Of a stretch of 64,000 nucleotides of DNA, positions 1 to 13,252 are shown one piece after another. A program made the translations under genes and the position numbers. Positions within the stretch are counted from its first letter, which is position 1, and each line of letters opens with the position of its first letter. The stretch covers positions 11,914,581 to 11,978,580 of the forward strand of contig OZ037767.1 of assembly GCA_964035545.1 (NCBI GenBank). The letters are read 5' to 3'. The stretch is from Bugula neritina. Taxonomy: Eukaryota; Animalia; Bryozoa. Under the pieces are notes generated by a model. The model was not told the DNA's origin. It saw nothing but the letters and a program-made list of their open reading frames with translations, and ran no database searches.

Positions 1-68
1 GGATTTTGCCATAAACAAATAAAACTTATTTTACCACTGCTGACTTCACATTAATATAAAACACCTAC

Positions 69-1999
69 TGGTTCTTCAACAGTAATTGGCTGGTTAGCAT
101 ATACTTCCAGTTCTTTCACCAAGTTCTTCGGAAATAACCCTTGGGCCACAGGCTAAAACAATTTGGTGAAGACCATAGAATGTAACAAAAATAATTCTAA
201 GCTGTCTTTCTAATTTACATGCTAACCGCAAATTTTTATTCTCAATGAGAAATACCAACATGTTACCAAAACCTTAAATAGCATATATTGTATAAGCACT
301 AGTTATAATAAAAGCATTAAATGCAACTGAAAAATATGCAATAAAATACCTTACCTTGACTCCCACCACTTCTCCATACCACAGTTTGTTGAAGGGAGGG
401 GAGAGGTAGTGGCTAAACACATTTATCTTTTCATGCCTGTAGAAGGTGAGGTAGCCTGGTTTAGTGGCAGTGTAATCCTCATTTGCTTTGACAAGGCTAA
501 TGGGCTCTAAAATACAGCACAGAAAAACACAACTAAGTAGCCGATATCCTTGATAATTCAAGCAATATAAAAAGAGTGGCATGGGTAAATGGGTGTTGCA
601 CTAAAAACAACCATCATTTGGGGTATAGCCACATATTTAAAGGTAGAGACAGAATGTAGTTTATCAACAAGAACAGTTCTAGTCTACTGCTATATTCCAA
701 GAAGTGGTCTATGAAAAAAATAATCACCTTAAAAACTCAAACTATGAACTCATGCTACACAAAATGTACATTCTTTGCCCAGAAAAATGATTTAATTTTC
801 CCCTATTTAACAAAAGTATTACAAATAAAAATAAACGATTCAAAATCATAATAATATTGGCAACAATTTGATTACTAAAATAGATTGCTATCACCATGAA
901 TGTAGTGGCTGGTGAGATGTTTGTGACAAAAATTGAACAGAAAAACCTTTAAAAAACTAATAAATTACAATCCTAAATCATAGTAGACTGATGTTAAATC
1001 AATATTTATAAAATTTGATAATCATAATGATGATAAAAAGAAATCAATAAATGAATAATCATAATGATGATTATTAAAAATAAAATACCTAATCTAATAA
1101 TTGAAATCAATTAACATAAAATACTATAAAATTAATTCAAACCTTTACTTTTAGAATTAGTGAAGTACGCTAACTCTAAGTTGAATGGAAACCATCACCA
1201 GATAACTCAATTATCAATTAGTGAACATATTTAGTATAAGTATTACTACTACTTTTAATATTAGTATTAGTATTACTATTAGTATTAGTGTAAGTATTAA
1301 ATTATAACCGATTAATTTACCTGAATTTTTACTGAAAATAGTACTTAAAAAAACTAGAAATGTAGAACTCATGAGAAGTAGAGCTACCACTAGAAGTGCA
1401 ACAAACTGAAAATTAAACACAGTATAAATAACTACAAGTATAAGTATTAGTATAAGACTGACTGAGAAATAATCACAATGAGTATGACTGTATCAGTATG
1501 AGTAACTCAAACTGTAATACTGATAATAATAGTATCAGTATGACTATTGCAGTAATACTATTATTATTAGTATTGCTATCAGTATGAGCATGACTATGAG
1601 TATGAGTATAAGTATCAATATTATTATTACTATTAGTATTACTATTAGTATTACTATTACTATTAGTATTAGACTATTACTATTATTTAACATAATGATA
1701 ATAATAACCATAATGTTAACAGTATTAACATTACCATTATGATTATGGTTATCATTATCATTATGTTATTATTGTCATTACGAACTTGCTAATATAAACT
1801 CAAACTTAACTTTAAACGATCAATTATGATCATTTAATACTGATAGTGAAAGCTTACTTGAGCACTCCTTGTTTGCACACGCCTTCAGCTTTACGTTAGA
1901 ACCGCTTAGAGTATCCGTAGGCAAAGGTTGTGCATGAACAGCAACTGTGAACCCCAAAAAGAGCAAAGGTATGATAATATGTCGACCAATAATTTGCAT
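69..1999 (-). CDS. 5' part of a MIA/TANGO1 (MIA3)-family secretory protein: signal peptide + MIA-type SH3-like domain; continues beyond the left edge
   Basis: Exons 1999-1858, 506-355 and 152-69 have GT-AG ends and matching phases. They give MQIIGRHIIIPLLFLGFTVAVHAQ...KLKACANKECS/KPISLVKANEDY...LTFYRHEKINVF...LWYGEV.../PVAQGLFPKNLV, matching the MIA/TANGO1 pattern KLCADxECS...A.EDY...V.V..K...W.G....G.FPK.LV. TANGO1 versus a short MIA/otoraplin cannot be decided here. Confidence 0.85.
900..1850. repeat. Degenerate 6-bp/3-bp-periodic low-complexity tract in intron 1 of the MIA/TANGO1-like gene
   Basis: Runs of agtatt/actatt/agtatg/actatg units, e.g. 1240-1300 and 1480-1780. Confidence 0.75.
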
Positions 2000-3120
2000 G
2001 TTTAAGGATGCGTTTCAATTTTTTTACAAAGCTCTACAACATCTAACTAAAACATCAAAACAAAGGTAGATACTAGATAGACACAAGGCTAGTGACAAGG
2101 TGTTTTTTAATACAGACACGTCACTAGATGGAGAAACTTTGATAGTAGTGCTTTGTGATTAGCGAGTAAATCAATTTTCATTTGCCATGTTCTTCTTTTT
2201 CTTAGACGACAGTTTATTGGCTAGGATTTAATCACTGCAGCCCAATCAAATCATCCTTTACTGTAATACCGTTGACCTCAGCCGAACCTCGTGTTACTGC
2301 GTAGTTTGAGAAGACAACTTCTGGTTATTTCCATCGAGCGCAACATCTATTACAATCATGATGTAATGTTTTGCGTGTGATGAATAAAACTACAAGTTAT
2401 CTTCTCAAACTACAATGATTGCACTTCTTACAAGAAAAAATCCTAAATTTGTTCAGTGACAAATCTATAAATTACAAAAAAAAAATATAGTGTTCTAGTC
2501 TTGCTAGTTAGTACAAGTGTGGATTATTAGTGTGCGTTTGCAATACTAGAACATAACTCTTATAAATAGGTTTGAGGGAGAGAACCAAGTATCCGTTGTA
2601 GTGGAACAGATGTATTTGTAACACTAATTACAAAAGGAAACTACATCGAGGAAAAAAGTAACAACAAGATAGAGATTTATGCACTAATGAGCTTTGTACT
2701 AAGTCCAAGAGCGAGGTGAGTCTGGGCGCCCGGAAGGTCTTCCTTACAAGGGCAGGCTGGGCTGTGATTGAGCGGTAGGTACCCTGCGCCACTATCTGCA
2801 GAGAGTGCGACATTTCACAGAGTAGCTCCGGCAGAATAACGGAATGTCCATAATACATTTATAACAATGATATATTTGTGCTTGTGCATGGACGTGGTTT
2901 TATTAGCGCCTAATGGAAGGGGGATAACACAGCTTGTTCCTCGGCCATCACAATAGTAGATGGTTAAGTGCTGAAGCTAGTTGAACTTATTAGTAAATTG
3001 GTAGGACCTACAACAGTTTATATACAAATTATATATGCAAATTGGCAGGAAATAAGTTTTTGGTATGAATTTCAATTCCTATTTTTGCCAGCTGTTGGAG
3101 CTAACTTAAGACTTGAACAT

Positions 3121-3380
3121 AGGGGTAACGGGGGGGGGGGGGGGGGGGGGGCACAACGGGCCGAATTTTGCATTTTTTTTGTTCTCATTCATCCATTTTT
3201 CAAGTTACTAGTTCAATAATCTCTAGTCTTAATGCTGCATCTGTTGTCTATTACAAGTATCAGTTTGTTGTTTCTATCTCTCTCACAACTTTTAGAATAA
3301 TGAAATTTTCATGACGAAAAAATCGGCCCATTGTGCCCCGGTACCGGGGTACAACGGGCCACTGGGTGGGACACAACAAA
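3121..3380 (+). mobile_element. Isolated end of a pogo/Tc1-like DNA transposon
   Basis: TA followed by GGGGTAAC and poly-G, then the motif ggggcacaacgggcc repeated in both orientations at ~3147, 3325 and 3346. The architecture matches the pogo end at 62795-63224. No partner end was found. Confidence 0.5.
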
Positions 3381-4845
3381 TATATTGAAACTTTGCGGAT
3401 TTTTTGCATTTGATCTTTATTTATTTAATATTGCAAATAATTAAAAATAATGAAAATGGTATACCGGAGCTGCACATACATAATTATAGTTTTGTAAATT
3501 AACAAATGACTATGTATACATAAGCTTTTGCTACAGCTATTTAAAAGTTTAATCCTTCAATCTAATAGACATTGAATAACTCCCAAGTACAGCCTATAAA
3601 AACTCAATCAACTATTTAGTAGGAATATTAATTTTTCAAAGAGAATCGTGTGTTAGCAGCATGTATTGTGTGAAGCTGTAAATATATAACATGACAATAT
3701 GACTAAACAGAGAAAAGCTGGAGGATTATATGACTATGATTGTAGCTGTGGGTATTATGTGAAATCTAAACATTGGAGAACAAAATTACTTTGTCCAAAC
3801 TTTGGGGTAAGCGCTGTGTAAAATAGGTACTGAGTATGCTATATTTGCTAAATTTATTAAGATTCATTTCAAATCTAAGTTGACTGGATGCTTTTGTATT
3901 CTCAATAGCCTTTACTGGAAATTGAACTCATGACCAGCACTCTAACCCCCTAGGGCCTAGAATAACACTGCTCCCTAAAAGTATATTAACTTATTGCATA
4001 CAACAATAGTTATACCAGTAAATCATAAAAAGACCTTGATAGTAATATAACATCTCAGCATAGTATAAAACAATCTTGATGGTAATATGACGGTACAGTA
4101 ACACTAATTTTTATGCTGAGCAAGAATTTCTCTTATATGTATCTCATATTATGTATTCAAAGGTTGGTTTAACTTAGTAGTATGCAGGTAGCTTTTGTAT
4201 ATAATATAATTTCATATTGTTATTAATAAATACCCTTTTCAGTTTAAGTGATATGAGTATTTTATTGATCGATGATTTCTAAGAATTTACTCTTTTTTGC
4301 CCAGAAAGTGTTCAATCATGCAGCTTAGTCCAAATAGTTGTATACACATAATGAGATATTATACTATCTATGTGCACATACAAGCCATTGGTAATTTTTA
4401 AGTTTGATTAATAGCTTTTCAACAACAATTTTACTTCAAAATAAAATTCAAATGACTATATTAATAGTATTGCTTATTATTTTATTTTATGGAATTCCAG
4501 CATTATATTTGATACTTCAAATATAAGGAAGACTTCTGACAAAAAAAGTATAGCCTAGTATAACTTAAATCAGTATTATTAAACTTAATATGCAATTCAA
4601 CCACATTATTTAATAGTTGCAGCCATAACAACATTTTGGTAGTTGTTCAATCGATTTTGTTTTCTATTTCAAACAAGTTCGTTTATCGAAACATCATTTT
4701 GCTAAAATTTGTTCAAGTCAGAAACCTCTTGAAATAACATCTTTTTAAATTTTTCATAAAAATTAAGTTTTAGATACAGATTAGATGAACTACACAATCA
4801 GTCAACCAGTTTAATTATTTCTGTATAGAAACAGACCTGGTCTCA

Positions 4846-7800
4846 ATGCGAGAGTGTGAAAACGAAAAAGAAGCGCATTCTCAGCTAGGAGAAAGTATTT
4901 CACAACTGAATATTGAAATTGATGACCTAAAAATTAGGGCAGAGATCGAGGAAAAAGATATAAAAAAGAGGCACGGGAATGATGTGGAGCAGAGAGAAAA
5001 AGCATTGAAAAAGCACAGAAAGCAAGTACAGAAAAAAGAGCTGGGATTGGTCAGTAAATATGTGACAGCAGAAAAAGCGTGGGTAGAGCACCGAGATAGT
5101 TTGCTAGCAAAATTATAAAGAAAATTTAATATTAAAGCAACTAAAACAACAGTAAGTATAATTCTTCTGTCTTTCTTTTGCTATATTTTCCGTTCAAGGA
5201 AGATTGACTTGATTTATTGTTTATTTATATGCGACTTTGTCTTATGTTGTTGAAAAGTATACTTGCATTGTTCACAATCAAAACAGTAGGTTCTGATTAA
5301 ATCATTAGAAGTTTGTAGCTACATAAATGCCTAAGCGATAAATAAACTTACATAGAAACAAGTTATGATACCTTTTTGATCAAATTAATTTCATAATTTA
5401 GACCCCACATTTTGCTACTAGCGCCCTAGAAGACTGCAAACAATTTGGCAGGATGTCTCTAAATCAACTCAATGATGTTTTATTAAAACTGAAGAGAGAG
5501 AGATCCTTGAGCTCAAAGAAAAGGGCGAAATCAAAGTCGATCAGTGAAATAAACACACAGCACCTACAATGTTAAATGGAATTTATTGAAGTGAAAATTG
5601 AAACAATCGCCATCATGTTAAACAATATTCATGCAACTCAGTTATTGAGTTTGAGAGATGAATTTGAAATTAAAGCTAAAAGCTGAACTAGTTGTAAACC
5701 AGCAAAGGAATCATATTGAAAGCAACTTCACTGCATACAAAGTGAATCTTGACAAGATAAGAATGCAAGTGGAGGATTTTCATACTGATGCTATGTCTGC
5801 GGAGATAGCAGAACAAATGCAGAGTAAAAAGACTAAAGTTCAAATGGTAATGCTTCAGCTAAAGAAGGTAGAAGCACTAAAAATTGAAATCGACATAGAC
5901 TTCCAGAAATGTGTTTTAGCAAAAGACAAAGATATTGCTTGAGTGAGAGAAATATTGCATAAAAAGTTAGAAAGCAAACATAATAGGGTCATTCCACGTC
6001 AACTCAACCGATGGCCCACGCCTTTGCGTCTCAGATTTTGTTCATATTTACACCAAATGGACCTACACATGTCTTGAGTACTATTCTTGAATATTTCTGG
6101 CCTGACACAAAAACTTTTTGAGAAATGACTATTTTCATGAACAAAGGTTGGGAAAAATTTTGAGGAAAATTTGCGATTTTTACTTTTAGACCAATTTGTA
6201 AACGTCCATATCTCAATCATTTTTTTAGACTGAGCTTTAAAATTTGGTGTGTGATTTGATAAAACCTATCAGTTTGCACTAGTAGTAACACATACTGCAG
6301 AATACTTTGTGTGCATATATGCTAAGCCATTGAATATTGGCAAATTTTTGTGAATTTTGAAAAACTTCGAATATTTGCCACATCACAAAAGGCGTTAATT
6401 TTTATTTTACTTCCATAAATTTTTATCCATAAATAGTTGATTATGGTGACTTTATACTCCTTAATTTGTGTAATTTTGAAAATAATATTTTCCGAGATAT
6501 AGACACCCAAAGTGAAGAAAATGTGAAAATTCGCCCAACTTCACAAGGATGTAACCCGATGTTTGAATATGTTAATATTTTTTAAACAAGCATTTTCTGT
6601 AACGTCATTTAGTGTATTTTGTAGATTCATAAATTTAAATGTCCTTATATTGTCCAAACTTAAAGTAAATCGCACGGAAAAATGGTATGTGTACGAAAAT
6701 CGGCAAAATGCAATTTTTCAATATAATATGTTGGGATCATACATTTTTTATCATTCATATTGTTCAAAATATCAAGTAGATACATATATGTTTCCTATAT
6801 ATGTCAAATCTACTGAAGATTATAATAAAATCTGATTTGTGTGTAATAGCATAAGAAAAATTCTGCCGATATGCATTATATGATATTCCCATTAAGTTTC
6901 AGGTAGCAATTGTTATTTCTGTGAGTGAATGGTGTGAAACAGCTGAGATTTTGCTGGAATCAAGTACATTAAGTAGCTGAAGCAAGGGTGGCTTAAAAAA
7001 CATGCCCAAATATAACACCATGGCCCTGAACACAATAGGCCTAATTAATTGAATGACGGTGGTGTTTAGTACATGCCGGAAATAATTGTGTCTTTTAAAA
7101 CAGACGTGCCTAAATATAGCAGAATGGCCCTAACCTCGCCCTAATTTGGTCAGTACTGGTTAAAGAATCAAGTAATTGGCCTCATGCCATGTCTAATGTT
7201 CATCCTGAAAAAATTTACAACTCTCTTTTTCATAACTGGAAACAATGGTCTTCCAACTTTAATATCAAAATTCCTTTTGCAGTCTTCTGGCTTGCTGTGC
7301 AAGGTAGTTGTTGGGTTTTTACATAAGCTGGAAAAGCTTTTCCCTAATACATGATAGCTTTTTACATATCATCTCAGCTATATTATGCTTTTCCATTTTC
7401 ATTATAGCTAATACACAAAAGCTAACTTTTTTACGACTATAAAGACCCAGCAGTTTTTCTCTTATCCAAACTTGCATTTCACACTTGTACTGGCAACTTG
7501 TAACTCATGAGATAACCTTTTTTTTACGGTGCTATTTCTTCAGTCTGCTACTATAATAAATATTTATTTCTCTAACTTAAAACACAATGATAATTGTTTA
7601 CTCCAAATTCTATAGATGTCTTATCAATGGTCCAGCTTTCTGGTGCCAATGTCAATAACTGGACCTTCTTTTGTCCCAAAGATACTTTCACCTTATTTAA
7701 GGAACATATTAATATGTTCAAATCTTTATGATTATTAGGCTTTATACAGGCATTTGTTGCTTCTGGGTGGAGTTCCTCTCTCTCTATACTTGCAACTGTG

Positions 7801-9950
7801 GCAACCTTTTTAGCAATGACCTCCTCCACTTGATTCTGTTTTTTCCCCATAGTTCACTTTACTGGAAGGGCTAATTTTTGGGGCTCTCCTGGTATAATTC
7901 TACTCTTTTGAACTGTAGAAACTGAGAGAAACTGTGCAATATTAATTGCTTTAAAAAAAGCTGAGCTCTCAGAATACTCTCAAGAAACTAAAAGTGATGC
8001 ATTTCTTGAAGTTGAGAAGGAAGCACAGACACTAAACACTGGAATGACAGAATTGGAAGCTTCTCCCGTGAAAGTTGCAAAATTAGCCCATCCAGTAAAG
8101 TGAGCTATAGGAAAAGAAAACAAAAGAAAGTTCAGGAGGTCATTACTGAAAAGGTAGAAACAGTCTTGGGTATAGATGAAGAAGAACTCCGCCCAGAAGC
8201 AGTATGAAGCGTAGTAATCATAAAGATTTGAAAAAATTAGTATGATCCTTGAATAAGGACGCGGAAGTTTTCTTGTGACTAGAGAGGGTCTAGTTATTGA
8301 CATTAGCATGAAAAGCTAGACCATCGATAGAACAGCCATAGAATTTGGAGCAAACAATTACCTGGCCCAGCAAGCCAGAAAACTGCAAAGGAAATTCTGT
8401 TTGAACTAGATGGTAAAGTTGGAAAACCATTCTCTCCACATTCAAAAGAAAAAGTTGTAGATTTTTTCAGGATGATGAATATTATTCTTAGCCTGGGCAA
8501 ATTGCTAACCTGATTAGGGTGAGGTTAGGACCATTCTGCTATATTTAGACAGGTCTGTTTCAAAAGCCACAATTGTTTTCAGCATGCATTAACCCCCTCG
8601 TTGACCTAATTCGGCCTATTGTATTCAGGACCCTGGTGTTATATTTGGGTATGCTTTTTGAAGCCTTCCTTGCCTCAGCTACTTAATGTACTTGATTCCA
8701 GCAAAATTTCAGTTGTTTCACACCATTCACTCACAGAAATAACAATTGTTACCTGAAACTTAATGGGAATATCATATAATGCATATCGGCAGAATTTTTC
8801 TTATGCTATTACACACAAATCAGATTTTATTATAATCTTCAGTAGATTTGACATATATAGGAGACATATATGTATCTACTTGACATTTTGAACAATATGA
8901 ATAATAAAAAATGTATGATCCCAACATATTATATTGAAAAATTGCATTTTGCCGATTTTCGTACACATACCATTTTTCCATGCAATTTATTTTAAGTTTG
9001 GACAATATAAGGACGTTTAAATTTATGAATCTACAAAATACACTAAATGACGTTACAGAAAATGCTTGTTTAAAAAATATTAACATATTCAAACATCGGG
9101 TTACATCCTTGTGAAGTTGGGCGAATTTTCACATTTTCTTCACTTTGGGTGTCTATATCTCGGAAAATATTATTTTCAAAATTACACAAATTAAGGAGTA
9201 TAAAGTCACCATAATCAACTATTTATGGATAAAAATTTATGGAAGTAAAATAAAAATTAACGCCTTTTGTGATGTGGCAAATATTCGAAGTTTTTCAAAA
9301 TTCACAAAAATTTGCCAATATTCAATGGCTTAGCATATATGCACACAAAGTATTTTGCAGTATGTGTTATTACTAGTGCAAATTGATAGGTGTTATCAAA
9401 TCACACACCAAATTTTAAGGCTCAGTCTAGAAAAATAATGGAGATATGGACGTTTACAAATTGGTCTAAAAGTAAAAATCGCAAATTTTCCTCAAAATTT
9501 TTCCCAACTTCTGTTCATAGAAATAGTCATTTCTCAAAAATTTTTTGCGTCAGGCCAGAAATATTCAAGAATAGTACTCAAGACATGTGTAGGTCCATTT
9601 GGTGTAAATATGAACAAAATCTGAGACGCAAAGGCGTGGGACTTTCTGAAATTTGGTTGATTTGACGCGGAATGACCCAATAGACAGCTGGAAACTGATA
9701 GAGGGGATGTTGTCTGCTGCACTTGCTGCTATAGCACTTCTATTGGGTAAATCAGATGCCAGGATAAAAGGATGTTTTGAGTGAAATGCAAGATGATGGT
9801 CATATCTGAAACAATTATGAGACTGCAGAAAATGTGTGAGAGAAGTCCTAGCATTCGCACCACATTTACATAACTCATATTGATACAGTGCAAGGAGATT
9901 TTGTAAAACACTGCTTATAATAAGTTATATATCACAAAGTTTTCAAGTAA
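4846..9950 (+). pseudogene. Decayed coiled-coil protein reading frame interrupted by the Sola2-like insertion
   Basis: E/K/L/Q-rich heptad-like ORFs at 4846-5118 and 5658-5942 have premature stops. Coding-like sequence seems to resume after the AATA duplication at 9683. No family was recognised. Confidence 0.4.
5986..9678. mobile_element. Non-autonomous Sola2-like DNA transposon with ~1.16-kb TIRs; almost the whole element is palindromic
   Basis: Termini are GGGTCATTCC...GGAATGACCC, with a 4-bp TSD AATA (5982-5985 and 9679-9682). Arms 5986-7145 and 8513-9678 are inverted. Internal decayed peptides (KVQLLTLAPESWTIDKTSIEFGVNNY; NNYLAQQARKL...VVDFF.DDEY..PGK) resemble the Sola2 transposase N-terminus. 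GRG termini, long TIRs and a 4-bp TSD fit Sola2. Confidence 0.85.
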
Positions 9951-10084
9951 CCTGGCCATGATAAATTAAGTATGAATTAACTGTGTTTTGCAAAATTATA
10001 CGAAAATTAACTTATATAAAAAATAAAATTTTTCAATAAACATTAGAATGAAACGAAATAAAATCACATTACTTTATATAATAT

Positions 10085-10129
10085 GTGTGTTCGTTCATGC
10101 ATTCGTGCGTTCGTGCGTTCGTGCGTTCG

Positions 10130-10161
<32 letters not shown>

Positions 10162-10168
10162 TGTGTGT
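10085..10168. repeat. (GTGC)n/(GTTCGTGC)n microsatellite
   Basis: Directly visible tandem tetramers. Confidence 0.95.
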
Positions 10169-10442
10169 AGATATACCATATATTTAATTATTATGATTTT
10201 TAACTGTTTTTATATCTGTAATATACCAAATAAGTTTTGAACATCATATCATTAAAATACTTTAGCAGCATGAAAGGAGAAAAAATGATTTTATTTTATT
10301 TTATCAAAATTAAAATTTTCAAGATGGCATATAAAGATGTACACTAAAAAGCTCAAAAAGAACACATACATATTCAAGAACATTCAAAAGAAATAAAAAC
10401 ATGCATTTATTTCTTCAAATACTTTAATGTAACAAAAATGAA

Positions 10443-13252
10443 TTAACCATGTTCACAAAAGTAGGCAAACTTCCTATGACAAGGAAAATTTGCAAATAAG
10501 AAAGAAGCATAATCTGGGTATGAGAGAATGCAGTTTCCAGTGCCGTATGGTTCACCAGTGTACCACCAGGAGCTTGTTAATTCTAGTCCGTATGATGCAC
10601 TGTTTCCCCATTGGTATGACTCATCTTCAAGAGATCCTCCAACCCACAATGAGTCTGCGTATGTACCTTAATGAAACATAAATTCATACTATTTGAGTAT
10701 ATTATGTCTATACATTGTTTTTCTTTGTTTATAAAACACTTTAAAAGAGTCTGCCCTTATACGAGCCTCTTTACAAGAGCATTTTTTGCCACAAAGTTAT
10801 TAACTAGCATATTTCTTAAAACCGATACGAAATCTTGAAGTTCTTGATTTGTTTTAGAGTACAAGATTTATGAAAAATGCAAACAAGTTAAATACAGAAC
10901 AAATTATTACCAAAAGTTTGACATCAGTTTTGTATGCTGAAACTGATGTAGTAATAATATAATGACACAGATGATTCAGAGAACATTTAACGGCTAATTT
11001 TACAAGTCAATGTTTTATATATACTTTTTAGCTAGCATTTGGTAATTTATTTAATTTACTAGTTTTTAAGTATTTAAATTTATTTTCAGTTTGTCCATAA
11101 GTACCATTAAGTTTTAGTTCATTTCTAACTTCAATAAACCACAAAAAGGCTTTTTCACTGTCCAAGTATATTAGATGAGCTCCCATTTCTTCGCATTTGC
11201 TTTTAGCAGTTGACCAGTTTTCCGAGAATTTAGTAACACTCAGCACACACGTGTTCCTGATTGGATTGTAAATCCACTGATCATCTTTGCAGCTGATAGA
11301 ATGAGTTCCTGCAAATATAGAAGCCTTAGATTCTGCAAACCTGCTAAAATTTTCAGTTTTAAGCTATATCGGTTCCTTGCTATTATTGGTAAATTGTATT
11401 AGTGCATTTGAACTAGTTTAAGAAACATCTAGTAATACATTTGATAAGTTGCAATGTTTACATAAAATGTTTGCTTTCTTTTCATCATCGTTAGCATTTT
11501 AAATTAATTTAATTAGACACAAGAAATCTAGCAATAAAAAGCTTAAATGTAATCTACCAAGTTGCTCTGATCAAATGGCTCATTTTTATTCCAGTCTTAG
11601 AATTGAAACATTCAAATTTTCATTTGTAAAAAGTTATCCATAAAATCGTATTATTATGTAGAAAGTTATTTTATTCATTATTATAATTCCAAACACATTA
11701 ATCAATTTTATTTGAGGTTCATAAACTTAAAATAATGTTTGATGACTGCAAAATGAAAACTTTTAAAGCAAGCAACTGCAGGTAATGCAAACAAGTTAAA
11801 GTATAATATCATGACTTTATTTAAACTTTGCTTTAAGTTTTGGTAACAATTAGGTATTGCAGATATCTAAATCTTTTACTAATTTTTTATAAATAAACTT
11901 GGTGGAGCTTGTACCAAAAATTAATACATATTTCTTTCACGTACTGGCATATACTTGCATGCCGAAATCGTTAACGGTCTCACTACTGTAATGTATCTCT
12001 TGGTTGGATAGTTTACAGAGCTGTTCACCACTGGTGTAAGAAAAAGCTTGACATGTTTTGTTATATCTGCATAGTAAAGCACACGCCTCAACTGTCTCTA
12101 CTCTGACAATCTTAAAAAGGTCTCGGAGAGAATGACTGGGAGACTGTTGAGAAAATTGAATATGTGTTGGATTCTACAAAAATAAAAAAATACCTCACGC
12201 AGCTATAGCTTTGTTTGGTTACCACAGAAATGTAATGCTGAAAAACTTGTTACAAAATCTTTTCTCTGGAACAAGCAGTTCTATGCATATAAATGAAAGA
12301 TAAAAATGTCTATTAACATAACTTTAATTATCATAATGCATGCCAAATTATTTTTGGATGCCTGCAAAATACTATTATAGTCATAACCAACATCAAAAAA
12401 CTTCAGCATCTAACTCTGACTAAAATTGGTTGATATTGAGTCTTACAGAGGTATGTACAGTAATAGAGGAACTAAGAAAAGCATGCATGTGCTCTGGATT
12501 AGAAATGTAGCAAAAAGTATGTTTTCATGAGATTTTAGACCTGCATTTCAAACCAAAACCCATTAAGAAAATTGAAAAACTTTGGCTATTCAAAGTTATT
12601 CAACAACTGTATTTAAATGGTTTTACATACATACAAACATATGTAGTTGATAACATGGTCTCAATTTTTTTTAAACTGTTAGCATGCATATGTACATGGT
12701 AATACTATTGCCACATACCAGCTATGTAAAGAGACTATTTATAATGACTGAGCAAGTTACTAAAAGTAATGAAACATTACAAAACAAACTGTTTTAATAC
12801 AGTAAAATGATAGTGATACAATATAAGACAGTATTTTGACCTAAAAATCACAGTAAAAGATAATTAAAACAATAAGCATCATTTATTTATTGTTGGATAT
12901 TCTATAGTTGTTAGGCATCAATTTGTTCCTATCATGCTGACTTGCTATGGTTGCGTTTAGCTTTTAACTCACAGAGGTTACAAAATTGAGCATATAAAGT
13001 CTATTTGACAGCGAGCAGCTTAATATCTTGGAAGTTATGCATTTTCACAAAACTTCACAGTGCAATTAGCTACCATTTTCTTATAATGATAATATTTTCT
13101 TTGCCATATACACATGTTGAAAGTTTTTTCCTTAAATAATTCTAAAACATAATCAAAAGCATATCAACTATACTGATCTATAGATCAGTAGTACTTACCA
13201 CATCACATAAAAATATCATCAAGTAGAACAAAGATTTGCTAGTAAAGAACAT
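10443..13252 (-). CDS. Secreted PAN/Apple-domain + C-type lectin domain protein
   Basis: Exons 13252-13199 (signal peptide MFFTSKSLFYLMIFLCDV), 12173-11945 (PAN: ACALLCRYNKTCQAFSY...LCKLS), 11308-11105 (CKDDQW...CV...NWSTAKSKCEEMGAHL) and 10666-10443 (LWVGG...W...GEPY..GNC...FPC..KFAYFCE). Phases 0, 1, 1 are consistent. Confidence 0.88.

Noticed and set aside
2628-2858. GC-rich 76-aa ORF
   Set aside because: No recognisable homology; may be promoter, UTR or repeat sequence
5999-9665. Duplicated 62-aa and 90-aa ORFs as genes
   Set aside because: They are mirror images within the transposon TIRs and have no protein-like features
12446-12540. Alternative first or second exon of the PAN-lectin gene
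   Set aside because: The hydrophobic frame is out of phase with the PAN exon and the in-phase frame has an upstream stop; exon 13252-13199 fits better
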